Notes under the pieces: generated by a model | Told to the model about the DNA's origin: nothing | The model's database searches: none | What the model saw: only the letters and a program-made list of their open reading frames with translations | Program-made: the position numbers and the translations under genes | Shown here: one piece after another, positions 1 through 9,193 of the stretch | Position numbering within the stretch: position 1 is the first letter of the stretch | Layout of the letters: every line of letters begins with the position of its first letter | Assembly (NCBI GenBank): GCA_041740615.1 | Contig: JBGSLR010000018.1 | Span: 67,379 to 131,378 of the forward strand | From: Desulfobacterales bacterium | GTDB taxonomy: Bacteria > Desulfobacterota > Desulfobacteria > Desulfobacterales > SURF-7 | Reading direction: 5' to 3' | Length of the DNA stretch: 64,000 bases

Positions 1-1564
1 ACCCCAGCATTTCCTGAATTTTCCGGGTTCCGGAAGAGGGTTGCATACCGATGGACAGCACCAGCATATCCAGATCGTGAAATTCAATCCGGCCGGTGGC
101 CGTGTTTTCAACGGCGATGCGCATACTGCCGTCGGGCAGTTCTTCCGCGGTTCCGGGCAGCCCCCGCACATATTCCACACCCAGCCTGCGGCTGCGGTTG
201 TACAGGTCTTCAAATCCTTTTCCAAAGGCACGGATATCGGTATAAAAAACCTTGATGACCATATCCGGGTCATGCTCTTTCAAAACCAGGGAATTTTTGA
301 TGGTATTCATGCAGCAGATGTTGGAGCAGTATTGGCCGCCCTTGCGTTTGGAACGGGAACCCACACACTGGATAAACCCCACCGATTGAGGGTGTTTGCG
401 GTCCTTGGGACGGATCAGGGACCCCTGGGTGGGTCCACCGGCATTAACCAGGCGTTCCAATTCCAGACTGGTGACCACGTTTTCAAAACGGGTGAACCCA
501 TATTCGTCCATTTCCCTCGGGTCATACGGCTCCAGCCCGGTGGCGACCACGATGGATCCCACTTTTTCCTGAAACTCCGCATCGGACATGTGGAAATGAA
601 TGCACTTCTTATCGCAGGCGTCCAGGCATTTGGAGCACCCACGCCCCATGCATTCCTCCATATTGATGACATACGCGGAAGGAACCGCCTGTGGAAACGG
701 TATATAAACGGCTTTGCGGGAGGCAAGTCCCATATTGAATTCATCCGGGAACACCACCGGACAGACCTTGGCGCATTCGCCGCAGGACGTGCAAGCCGTT
801 TCTTCCACATGTCGGGCCCGCTTGACGATTTTTACATCGAAATTGCCTACGTAACCGCTGACGCCGGCCACTTCACTCATGGTATGCAGCGTAATGTTGG
901 GATGTCGACCGACATCCGCCATCTTCGGCCCAAGAATTCAGATGGAACAGTCCATGGTGGGAAACGTCTTGTCCAGTTGGGCCATGATCCCGCCGATGGA
1001 AGGATTTTTTTCAACCAATACCACTTTGTACCCGTTGTCGGCCAGATCCAGAGCCGCCTGAATGCCCGCCACCCCGCCGCCGATCACCAGGGTCCGCTTG
1101 GTGAGCGGAATCGATTCTTCGTATAAGGGGTGCAGCAACCCTGCGCGCGCAACGGACATCCGCACCAAGTCTTCCGCCTTGGCCGTCGCCTCCCCCGGTG
1201 TATTCATATGGACCCAACTGCACTGTTCCCGCAGATTCGCCATTTCCAGCAGATAGGGATTCAAGTCGGCCTGGAGCATCATACGGCGGAAAGTGGGTTC
1301 GTGAAGACGCGGCGAGCAAGAGGCCACCACGATCCGATCCAATCCGTGTTCCCGGATGTCGTCTTTGATCTCCATCTGGCCCGGCTCCGAGCAGGCATAG
1401 GTAATCTCCTTGGATACGACCACCCGGTCGATGGTCTTGACATTCCGGGCAACGTGTTCGCAATCCACGGTCCGGGCGATATTCAGGCCGCAGCGGCAGA
1501 CATAAACGCCGATACGGGCCTGGCCAGCATCCGTCACTTTTTCAGGGGTGTTTGTCCTCATCAT
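1..1564 (-). CDS. hdrA: Heterodisulfide reductase subunit A (HdrA), selenocysteine-containing. The 3' end runs off the window.
   Basis: The ORF caller stops at TGA 938..940 inside the conserved HdrA motif FPTMDCSI-[TGA]-ILGPKM. The same frame stays open down to nt 2 and continues with HdrA-like sequence (CTSCGECAKVCP, GFIQCVGSRS, CSNICCMN). The N-terminus has the Cys-rich GVYVCRCGLNI segment and the FAD fold LVIGGGVAGIQAALDLA. Confidence 0.85.
900..917 (-). other. SECIS-like stem-loop downstream of the hdrA UGA
   Basis: On the coding strand the sequence is GGAUGUCGGUCGACAUCC, a perfect inverted repeat giving a 7-bp stem with a GGUC apical loop. It starts 20 nt 3' of the UGA at 938..940. A 4-bp lower stem (GAUG/CAUU) flanks it. 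Confidence 0.6.
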
Positions 1565-1597
1565 CCAATTCCTTCAAACAGCTAGTGGTGATTATTA

Positions 1598-3193
1598 TTA
1601 CTCCCAGCAAATGGTCCGGGCGATCAGGCTGGTCAGGTCGGTCATCTCCATCTGCAGCGTCTCCCCCAGGAACGGATCCTCCATGGCGCACCGCAGATGG
1701 ATCTGGCATTTGGGACAGGAAGTCACCATGAGATCGCTCCCGGTCTCGCGGGCCTGGCGGATGCGCTTTACCTGCAGGGCTTTGCTGTAGGCATCACACC
1801 CGGTCCAGGCGCAGTTGCCGCAACAGAGCGCCGAGTGGCCCGCATCCTTCATCTCCACAAAGCCATCCGCGGAAAGCCGCTTGATCAGCTTTCGCGGCAG
1901 GTCCCGGACACTGTCCATCCGGTTCAGGCGGCAGGAATCCTGATAGGTGATACGCCGGGGCAGGGGTTTGAACGTCACGGCCCCTTTATCGATTTGCTGT
2001 TCCAGAAAGTCGTACAGATGGGTAACCGTGAACCCGGGCGCAACGCCCTGTTTGGCATATTCGAAACCGATGGTTTGAAAGCACTCGGGACAGGTGGTGA
2101 TGACGGTTTCGATCCCCATATCCTGGATCATCTCCACATTCAACCGGGCCAGTCGCAGAAAATTCCGCCTGTCGCCGGACCAGAGCAGGTCATGGCCGCA
2201 GCACCGTTCCATGTCCAACAGGCGGGGGCGGACGTCAAAAAAATTGAGCAGCCGCAGGGCGTCTTCTACGATGTCCATGGTCTTGACATCCTGGTGTTTT
2301 TTGAAAAATGCGTCGAAATACGGCGCGCAACCGGCGAAAAACAAGGTTTTGCTTTCCGGGTCCACCTGAATGTCTTGGGGCAGCCCATTCCATCGAACCG
2401 GTTTGAGTCCCGGAGATGTCATGGTCCGCATCAGGGACTGAAAAAAACCACCGTGGGGCTGACATCTGTCCGGGTCGCTATCGGTTTGATGCAGAAGACA
2501 CCGCATATCCCGGATAAACTCCGGAAAATTCACATCGGACGGGCATCTTTCATGGCAAATGCCGCAAGTCAGGCAGGCATGGATACCGGCATTCACGCTG
2601 GCGGCGTTGCCGTTCCCCCGGATGATATCGCTCACCAGGTTGCGGGGGGAGTAGGCCTTGCCGCTCAAGGCCAGCGGACAGGAAGCCGTGCATTTGCCGC
2701 AGTCCTGGCAGGCATAGGCATTGTGTCGCGCAATGATGTCGCGGACCGAGTCCTTCGGGAGATCGTCGCTTTGAAGCCGGACGGGCAGGACCGGACTTTT
2801 TCCCAATGTTTGGATCTGTTCACTGAAATCAAACAGGAACTCCTTCAGGGCGTCGCTTTCATCGGGCAAAAAAGTCGCAAGGCGCATGCGTTCTTGACCC
2901 AAGCCCAAAAGGGAAAGGATCTTGCGGGTGTCCTCGGTATTGTTTTCGGCCGCCTGGGTCCCACTGCCGTACCGGCATGCGCCGGACCGGCAGCCGACGA
3001 TGGCGACGCCGTCGGCGCCCATTTCAAAGGCGCGGAACAGCAGCGCCTTGCTGATGCGTCCGGTGCAGGGAATCCGCACCATTTTCACTTCCGCCGGAAT
3101 CCGATAACCGTCGTCCTGAAGCTGTTGATAGGCAGCGTGGGGACCCCAGTTGCACAAAAACAGGATAATCTTGTATTTCTCCGTCGCTTTCAT
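1598..3193 (-). CDS. MvhD/FlpD-HdrC-HdrB fusion protein (heterodisulfide-reductase-like Fe-S/CCG protein)
   Basis: The N-terminus is MvhD-like (IILFLCNWGPH, RIPCTGR, GADGVAIVGCRSGACRY). Two ferredoxin motifs follow (CQDCGKCTASCP, CLTCGICHERCP). Two CCG domains are present (ERCCGHD..TTCPEC and ALCCGNC..TSCPKC). The start forms an ATGA overlap with the upstream stop at 3190..3193. Confidence 0.8.
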   Translation of the reverse strand: MKATEKYKIILFLCNWGPHAAYQQLQDDGYRIPAEVKMVRIPCTGRISKALLFRAFEMGADGVAIVGCRSGACRYGSGTQAAENNTEDTRKILSLLGLGQERMRLATFLPDESDALKEFLFDFSEQIQTLGKSPVLPVRLQSDDLPKDSVRDIIARHNAYACQDCGKCTASCPLALSGKAYSPRNLVSDIIRGNGNAASVNAGIHACLTCGICHERCPSDVNFPEFIRDMRCLLHQTDSDPDRCQPHGGFFQSLMRTMTSPGLKPVRWNGLPQDIQVDPESKTLFFAGCAPYFDAFFKKHQDVKTMDIVEDALRLLNFFDVRPRLLDMERCCGHDLLWSGDRRNFLRLARLNVEMIQDMGIETVITTCPECFQTIGFEYAKQGVAPGFTVTHLYDFLEQQIDKGAVTFKPLPRRITYQDSCRLNRMDSVRDLPRKLIKRLSADGFVEMKDAGHSALCCGNCAWTGCDAYSKALQVKRIRQARETGSDLMVTSCPKCQIHLRCAMEDPFLGETLQMEMTDLTSLIARTICWE

Positions 3194-6100
3194 ATCAAAA
3201 TTTCCTCAAGGGTCTGTTCAAAAAAGACCTGGTTGCGGTAAGGACTGTCGGCCGCCCCGCTGGGGCACACCGAAGCGCAGTTTCCGCATCCCTTGCAGAA
3301 GGCCTCGTCGACCCATGCCTGGTATCCATCCATTCCGTTCTGCCGCAGCGTAACCGCCTGGTATGGACAAACGTCGGCGCACCGGCCGCAGCCACGGCAA
3401 CGTTCCTGATCTACGGCCACTGTATACCCTTTGCTTTTCCGCGGACCGCGTGGCATGACGGCTGCTGCCAAAACCGCTGCGGCATCCCCTTTCAATTTGC
3501 TGGAAATGCGGATACCGGGGGGATTTGCCAGAAAAAGTCCGGATATGGAGGTCATGCCCGGGTAGAATTGCGGAATTCCGGCCACTCCCTGCTTTTGCAT
3601 CGTGCAGAACACATCCCGGTTCGGCATGCCGTCCTGCCGCGCATACCCGATCCGGTTCCGGGCGCTTTCCCCCAGCACAACAGTGCCCACATGGATTTGC
3701 TGTGCCAGATCCGCCGTGCGCACATCCAGTTTGAAATCCCCCAGGGTCCCGCTGATGCCGGCCACGTTGGCCTTCTGGAAACAATGGATATTTGAATAGG
3801 GCAGAATCGCTTCCGGCGGCCGTTCGGTGCTTGTGAACATGAAGACGTCCATTCCGGTCCGCGCCAGGGTAACGGCGCTTTGAATGGCGGCCTCGGATTC
3901 GCCAACGACGGCGGCGGCAAAATTGTAATTCCGGACCGGTGACGAAAAGATTTTCAACGACCGGGTGCTTTTGATGGATCGAACCAGTAGCCCTTTGAAC
4001 TTCAGGGCGGCCTGGTCCGGATCTTTTTGCAGCAGGCTCAAGGCTTCCCCCCGGATATTGCGGGTCACCACCATGGCCCGGCTGATGCCGGTCGCTGTGA
4101 AAAGCGCATGCTTCAAACGACTGCGCTGATCCGTACACGCGCTGCAGGCAAGGTCCAGAGAACAACATACGCAAGATCCCAGAACGATCCGGTTGATGCC
4201 TTTGTCACGAACCGTCTTGATGATGGCCGCGATCCCCTCGGGAACGCAGGCCGATGACAACACCTCGGCATGGACCACATCTTTGAGTCCGTACAAATCG
4301 TTGACATGCCGGTCCAATTCATCTGACCAACCCAGGGATTGGTTGCAGTTACAGACAAAAGCACCGATGCGTTTGGGTTCGGAAACCGTGGGGTCCGGCG
4401 GCAGAAACGAAACGCCATGCCCCTTCTGAATGGGCAGGGCATCGCCCAAGAGGACCATGGCCTGGGCCGCGGCGGCAAACCCACGCATGATCATGGCATA
4501 TACGTCGACTTTGGCGGATTCGGATCCATAGGCCCGGATGACGTCATCACCCCGAACCGCCGGTGCTATCCGGGGATCCGCGACAATGACGACGCCGGCA
4601 TGTTCAACCGTCGTTTGCTCCGCCTCTCCGTGCCGGACCGCCCCGATGGCCTGGCATACCTCGACGCATTGCAGGCATTCGGCGCATATACCGCACTGCA
4701 GGCAGCGCTGGGATTCATAGAGCGCATCACTTTCGGGAAGCCCCAGGGCCACCTCCTCGAAATTCTCCTTGCGCGTCACGGAACGTTTTTCCGGCATGGG
4801 CGTGCGGTTGCAGACGGGTATATGGGCTCCGATTTCCGGAAAATCCTTGTGTTCGGAACGCCGCGATCGGTTCGCGCCCGTTTCGATTTTGCAAATGTCA
4901 AACAGCATTTGATCTGCGGCGTGTTTGCCCTGGGCCATGGCCTTTACGACAGTGGAAGGACCGACGACCCCATCTCCGGCCGCATAAATCGCCGATAGAT
5001 TCGTCCGGAATCCTTCACCGACGGTGATATACCCGGACGAATTCACCTGAAGGCCGCCCGCCGGCAACTCCGGGGCGACCTGGCCGATGGCCACAAAGAC
5101 CCTGTCGAAATCCAGGGTGAACGGTTGGCCATCCTTGACCAGCACCGGCCAGGCAATGCCGTTGGCATCCGTTTCTCCCGGCTGGGTGGGTCGGCAGCGC
5201 AAACGTCGGAAATGCCCGTTATCGCCTTCAAAGGCAACGATCCGGGTCCGGTCGATGATAGCGACCCCCTCTTCCAGCGCCCCCTTGATTTCTTCCGAAT
5301 CCGCCGGGATCTGATCCTGTTCGAACCAGGATATCAATGTCACTCGGGCACCCAGACGCGCCAGGGTACGTGCCAGATCAAAGGCTGCATTTCCGTCGCC
5401 GATGACCGCCACCGTTTCCTTCAAGGATGTGATCGCTTCACGATAAAAACGATTCAAAAAGGCAAGACAGCCCTCCACGCCCGCCAGTTCTTCGCCTTCC
5501 ACCCCCAGCTTGCGATCCCGCCAGGAGCCGGTAGTGATCAGGACACCGTCCACCTCATTTCGGATCGCGGCCAAGTCCCCGGCCAGGTCCACCGGATGGG
5601 AGAGGACGAACTCCACGCCCATCTGCTGGACGTATGCCAACTCGGCATCCAGAATCGCCCTGGGCAGACGATGGGAACCAATGCCATAGCGCAGCAGTCC
5701 GCCGGCCTTTTCTTCTTTTTCATAGATCCGAACCCGGCATCCGAATCTTGCCAACTGCGCCGCGGCGGCCAGACCGGCCGGACCGGACCCGATCACGGCA
5801 AAAGTTTCGGTGCGTTTTTCCCGCAGTACCGGCACCTTGATCCGTTCCGGGTGCCGGGCCTCGTAATCGGCCAAAAAGCGTTTCACAGCCCGGATGGAAA
5901 CGGCATCGTCCACCTGTTCTCTGCGGCAGGCATCTTCGCAGGGATGGGTGCATATCCGTCCGCAGATGCCGGGCAGGATGTTCTCTTCACGGATCAGGGT
6001 CAGGGCTTCCGCATATTTTCCGGCCCGGGTCAACGCCATATAGCCCTGGGCGTTCACTCCCAAGGGGCAGTTTTCGCGGCACAAAGGCTGGCGTCGCTTG

Positions 6101-6540
6101 TCGATCACCGGTCTTCCGGGCAGGCTGAAACGCCCGCTGAACTTGACGGCCTTTTGCCCTTCACCCAAATCCACCGGACAGACCGACGCGCAGCGGCCGC
6201 ACAGAATACAACGTTCCGGATCCACGAAGGTCTGCTGCCGGGTCAGCGTGACCGCGAACCCCTGGGGATCATGCCGGATGCTGTCCACCCGGGCCGGCAG
6301 CACACAACGGATCCGGGAATTCCGCAGGATGCGGATCAGACCGGGACGATGGGCGTAATTAAAGGGAATGCCGGAGCCGAGCCGCCATTCTTCTTTGGCC
6401 AGCTTTTGATCCAGATCCGCGGCGTCATCCACCAGGGTCACCGGAATCCCCAACTCACCCAGTTTATTGACCGCGGTGATTCCCGACGGCGTGGCGCCGA
6501 TAACGATGACTTTGTGTAATCGATCCTTAGGGCGTGTCAT
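3190..6540 (-). CDS. hdrL: HdrL-type large HdrA-like protein with an embedded GltD/NfnB-like NAD(P)H:FAD module and C-terminal 2x[4Fe-4S]
   Basis: The ORF is 1116 aa. It has a Rossmann fold (VIVIGATPSGITAV) and a GltD/NfnB signature (NCPLGVNAQGYMAL..ICGRICTHPCEDACRR, AVIGSGPAGLAAAAQL, AAGDGVVGPSTVVKAMAQGKHAA). HdrA-like Cys clusters are present (CLQCGICAECLQC, GSCVCCSLDLACSAC). The C-terminus has CRGCGRCADVCP and CKGCGNCASVCP. The start forms an ATGA overlap with the korC stop at 6537..6540. Confidence 0.75.
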   Translation of the reverse strand: MTRPKDRLHKVIVIGATPSGITAVNKLGELGIPVTLVDDAADLDQKLAKEEWRLGSGIPFNYAHRPGLIRILRNSRIRCVLPARVDSIRHDPQGFAVTLTRQQTFVDPERCILCGRCASVCPVDLGEGQKAVKFSGRFSLPGRPVIDKRRQPLCRENCPLGVNAQGYMALTRAGKYAEALTLIREENILPGICGRICTHPCEDACRREQVDDAVSIRAVKRFLADYEARHPERIKVPVLREKRTETFAVIGSGPAGLAAAAQLARFGCRVRIYEKEEKAGGLLRYGIGSHRLPRAILDAELAYVQQMGVEFVLSHPVDLAGDLAAIRNEVDGVLITTGSWRDRKLGVEGEELAGVEGCLAFLNRFYREAITSLKETVAVIGDGNAAFDLARTLARLGARVTLISWFEQDQIPADSEEIKGALEEGVAIIDRTRIVAFEGDNGHFRRLRCRPTQPGETDANGIAWPVLVKDGQPFTLDFDRVFVAIGQVAPELPAGGLQVNSSGYITVGEGFRTNLSAIYAAGDGVVGPSTVVKAMAQGKHAADQMLFDICKIETGANRSRRSEHKDFPEIGAHIPVCNRTPMPEKRSVTRKENFEEVALGLPESDALYESQRCLQCGICAECLQCVEVCQAIGAVRHGEAEQTTVEHAGVVIVADPRIAPAVRGDDVIRAYGSESAKVDVYAMIMRGFAAAAQAMVLLGDALPIQKGHGVSFLPPDPTVSEPKRIGAFVCNCNQSLGWSDELDRHVNDLYGLKDVVHAEVLSSACVPEGIAAIIKTVRDKGINRIVLGSCVCCSLDLACSACTDQRSRLKHALFTATGISRAMVVTRNIRGEALSLLQKDPDQAALKFKGLLVRSIKSTRSLKIFSSPVRNYNFAAAVVGESEAAIQSAVTLARTGMDVFMFTSTERPPEAILPYSNIHCFQKANVAGISGTLGDFKLDVRTADLAQQIHVGTVVLGESARNRIGYARQDGMPNRDVFCTMQKQGVAGIPQFYPGMTSISGLFLANPPGIRISSKLKGDAAAVLAAAVMPRGPRKSKGYTVAVDQERCRGCGRCADVCPYQAVTLRQNGMDGYQAWVDEAFCKGCGNCASVCPSGAADSPYRNQVFFEQTLEEILI

Positions 6541-7136
6541 GCAATGGCTCCTGTCTGTCCTGCGGCTTTCTTCTCTCTCCCCTTCAACTTGGAAAGGCCG
6601 TAATCATGTCCTTTGGTAAAGGCTTTCAAGTTCATTTCCTCGGTACCCTTGGGGACGGAGGAAAGCACCGCGTCCCGGGCCGCTTTCTCGGAAATCAGGG
6701 ACGTCACCGCGGTCACGAATCCCAGCATGATAATATTGGCCATCATCTTGCGGCCCAGTTCTTCGGCCATGCGGGTCGCCGGGATGTCCAGAAAATCCCT
6801 GCGACCGTCGGGATTCACCAGGTCCTTGTCCGTGATGAGAAAACCCTCGGGCCGGACCTGATCCTTGTATTTTTCGTAGGCCGACTGGGACATGCATACC
6901 AGCACGTCGGCGGTCTTGACGTAGGGATACTGAATGGTCCGGTCCGATATGATCACCTGTGCGCAACAAGCCCCGCCTCGGGATTCCGGTCCGTAGGACT
7001 GCACCAGGGTGCTCTCCTTCTTGTCCCCCAGGGCCGCCGCCATTCCCAGAATCTTGCCGGCCAGGACAATGCCCTGGCCCCCGAACCCGGTGACAATCAC
7101 TTCCTTCTTGATGGTTTCCGTTGCCATATCCCTCAC
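6537..7136 (-). CDS. korC: 2-oxoacid:ferredoxin oxidoreductase gamma subunit
   Basis: Gamma-subunit motifs are present (GFGGQGIVLAGKILG, SYGPESRGG). A GTG start at 7136 overlaps the korB stop (GTGA). An alternative ATG lies at 7127. Confidence 0.85.
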   Translation of the reverse strand: MRDMATETIKKEVIVTGFGGQGIVLAGKILGMAAALGDKKESTLVQSYGPESRGGACCAQVIISDRTIQYPYVKTADVLVCMSQSAYEKYKDQVRPEGFLITDKDLVNPDGRRDFLDIPATRMAEELGRKMMANIIMLGFVTAVTSLISEKAARDAVLSSVPKGTEEMNLKAFTKGHDYGLSKLKGREKKAAGQTGAIA

Positions 7137-7993
7137 CCGGTTTTCCGTTTTTCGTCGGTTTCAGGTTGCGGCCAGTACATCTTGCGATACATCTCGTCGC
7201 AGGTGGGCCGGTCGATGTCGATAAATTTTCCGAGAACCACCTTCTTGCCGAAATCCACGTCCAGCTCGGCCGGATTGGCGCCGTTTTTAATAATGGTGTT
7301 CTCATGATAGTTCCGGAGCGTATCCAGGGATTTTTCCCGGTTTCGCCGCCCGAAGTTGACCGGACAGGGCGACAGCACTTCGATGAAGGAAAACCCCTTG
7401 CGCAGAATGGCCTCCTGAACAGCGTCCGCCAGATCGCGGGCATGGAGCATGGTCCAGCGGGCCACATAGGTGGCGCCGGACGCATACGCCAGCAGGGGCA
7501 GATTAAAGGGCGAATCCGGGTTGCCGGCGGCGGTGGTGGCGGATTTGGCCCGGAACGGCGTGGTGGCCGCAACCTGTCCCCCGGTCATGCCGTAAGTCAG
7601 GTTGTTGACGCAGATGACGGTGATGTCCATGTTGCGCCGGGCCGCATGGATGAAATGGTTGCCGCCGATGGCGAACAGGTCGCCGTCACCGGAAAAGACA
7701 ATCACGTTGATGTCCGGTCTGGCCATCTTGATCCCGGTGGCAAAGGGAATGGCCCGGCCATGGGTCGTATGAAACGAGTCGATATTGATATATCCGGCGC
7801 CGCGCCCCGAGCATCCGATACCCGACACCATGGCAAACTGGTTGTACGGAATGCCGCTTTGCTTGATGGCCGACAGGGAGGACGTAAACACCGATCCGGT
7901 CCCGCATCCCGGGCACCAGATATGGGGAATCCGATCCATGCGCACCAGTTCTTCCAAGGGATGGGGCGTTGGAGATGTGCCGCTGTTTTTCAT
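7133..7993 (-). CDS. korB: 2-oxoacid (probably 2-oxoglutarate):ferredoxin oxidoreductase beta subunit (TPP-binding)
   Basis: Beta-subunit motifs are present (WCPGCGTG, GIGCSGR, SGDGDLFAIGGNHFIHAARRN). The ATG at 7993 overlaps the korA stop (ATGA). The longer ORF reaching 8089 has no homologous N-terminus. Confidence 0.9.
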   Translation of the reverse strand: MKNSGTSPTPHPLEELVRMDRIPHIWCPGCGTGSVFTSSLSAIKQSGIPYNQFAMVSGIGCSGRGAGYINIDSFHTTHGRAIPFATGIKMARPDINVIVFSGDGDLFAIGGNHFIHAARRNMDITVICVNNLTYGMTGGQVAATTPFRAKSATTAAGNPDSPFNLPLLAYASGATYVARWTMLHARDLADAVQEAILRKGFSFIEVLSPCPVNFGRRNREKSLDTLRNYHENTIIKNGANPAELDVDFGKKVVLGKFIDIDRPTCDEMYRKMYWPQPETDEKRKTG

Positions 7994-9144
7994 GCCAGAG
8001 CCTCCTTTGCGATTTTCAGGACATCGTCCGGCGGTATGACGGCGCCGCCCGTATGGCCGGCCAGATAGCTGGGGACCGTTCCGGCGCACCGCTGAACTTC
8101 CCTGCTGATCTGACCCATGTTGATCTCCACGGTGATAAAGCCTTTGACCCGCTTGGACAAGGCCCGAATTTTGTCCTCGGGGAACGGCCAGACCGTAATG
8201 AGGCGCAACAGTCCCATGCGGATCCCATTCTGCCGGGCCTGCTCCACGGCCGTATAGGCGGTTCGCGCCGACACGCCGTAGGACACGACCGCGATATCGG
8301 CGTCATCCAGAAGATATTCCTCGGTCATGATGATATCATCCCGATTGTTCCGGATTTTTCCCAAAAGCCGATCCATCATTTCCTTCTGGGTGTCGACGGA
8401 CATGACCGGATAGCCTTTTTCATCATGGGTCAGTCCGGTGACATGCACATTGTATCCATCACCGATGGCCGGCATGGGGGCCACGCCATTGGGACCTGGT
8501 TGATAGGGCTTGAAGCGGTCCTTGCGTCCCGTGGGCTTGGTCCGGGATATGGTCTTTATGGTGCGCGCATCCGGAATGATCACTTTCTCGCTCATGTGTC
8601 CCACGATCTCATCGGACATGATGAACACCGGCGTGCGGTATGTCTCGCTCAGGTTGAAGGCCGCAATGGTCAGGTCGAACATTTCCTGGGGAGAGGACGG
8701 CGCCAGGGCGATGATTTCGTAATCGCCGTGGGAACCCCACCGCGCCTGCATCATGTCCCCCTGGGCGCCCTGGGTCGGGAGCCCGGTGGAAGGTCCGGCC
8801 CGCTGCACATTCACCACCACGCAGGGAGTCTCGGTCACCACCGCCAACCCCACGGTCTCCATCATCAAACTGAAACCGGGTCCGGACGTGGCCGTCATGG
8901 TTTTCACGCCGGTCCAGGCCGCTCCCAGGATGGAGGTCATGGCGGCGATCTCGTCTTCCATCTGGATATAGGTGCCACCGACCTGGGGAAGACGAACGGA
9001 CATCTGTTCCGCCACTTCCGTTGCCGGCGTGATGGGATATCCCCCGAAAAATTTGCATCCGGCGGCAATGGCTCCCTCGGCGCAGGCCTCATCGCCGTTA
9101 ATAAAATGTTCACCGGTAAGGACATGTGATTTCATTGGTTTCAT
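7990..9144 (-). CDS. korA: 2-oxoacid:ferredoxin oxidoreductase alpha subunit
   Basis: Alpha-subunit motifs are present (GYPITPATE, MEDEIAAM, TSGPGFSLMME). The start may instead be the ATG at 9135. Confidence 0.9.
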   Translation of the reverse strand: MKPMKSHVLTGEHFINGDEACAEGAIAAGCKFFGGYPITPATEVAEQMSVRLPQVGGTYIQMEDEIAAMTSILGAAWTGVKTMTATSGPGFSLMMETVGLAVVTETPCVVVNVQRAGPSTGLPTQGAQGDMMQARWGSHGDYEIIALAPSSPQEMFDLTIAAFNLSETYRTPVFIMSDEIVGHMSEKVIIPDARTIKTISRTKPTGRKDRFKPYQPGPNGVAPMPAIGDGYNVHVTGLTHDEKGYPVMSVDTQKEMMDRLLGKIRNNRDDIIMTEEYLLDDADIAVVSYGVSARTAYTAVEQARQNGIRMGLLRLITVWPFPEDKIRALSKRVKGFITVEINMGQISREVQRCAGTVPSYLAGHTGGAVIPPDDVLKIAKEALA

Positions 9145-9193
9145 CTTCCAGGTTTCGACTATGGTTTCTACTGAACATTCATGGCATTGCCGA

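Noticed and set aside
41-9129. Long + strand ORFs opposite the hdr/kor genes (41..1126, 1697..3241, 5125..6519, 7121..8068, 7969..9129).
   Set aside because: They are antisense shadows of - strand genes that have unambiguous family motifs. Their translations are Arg/Gly/Pro/His-rich with no recognisable domains, and they lack RBS support.
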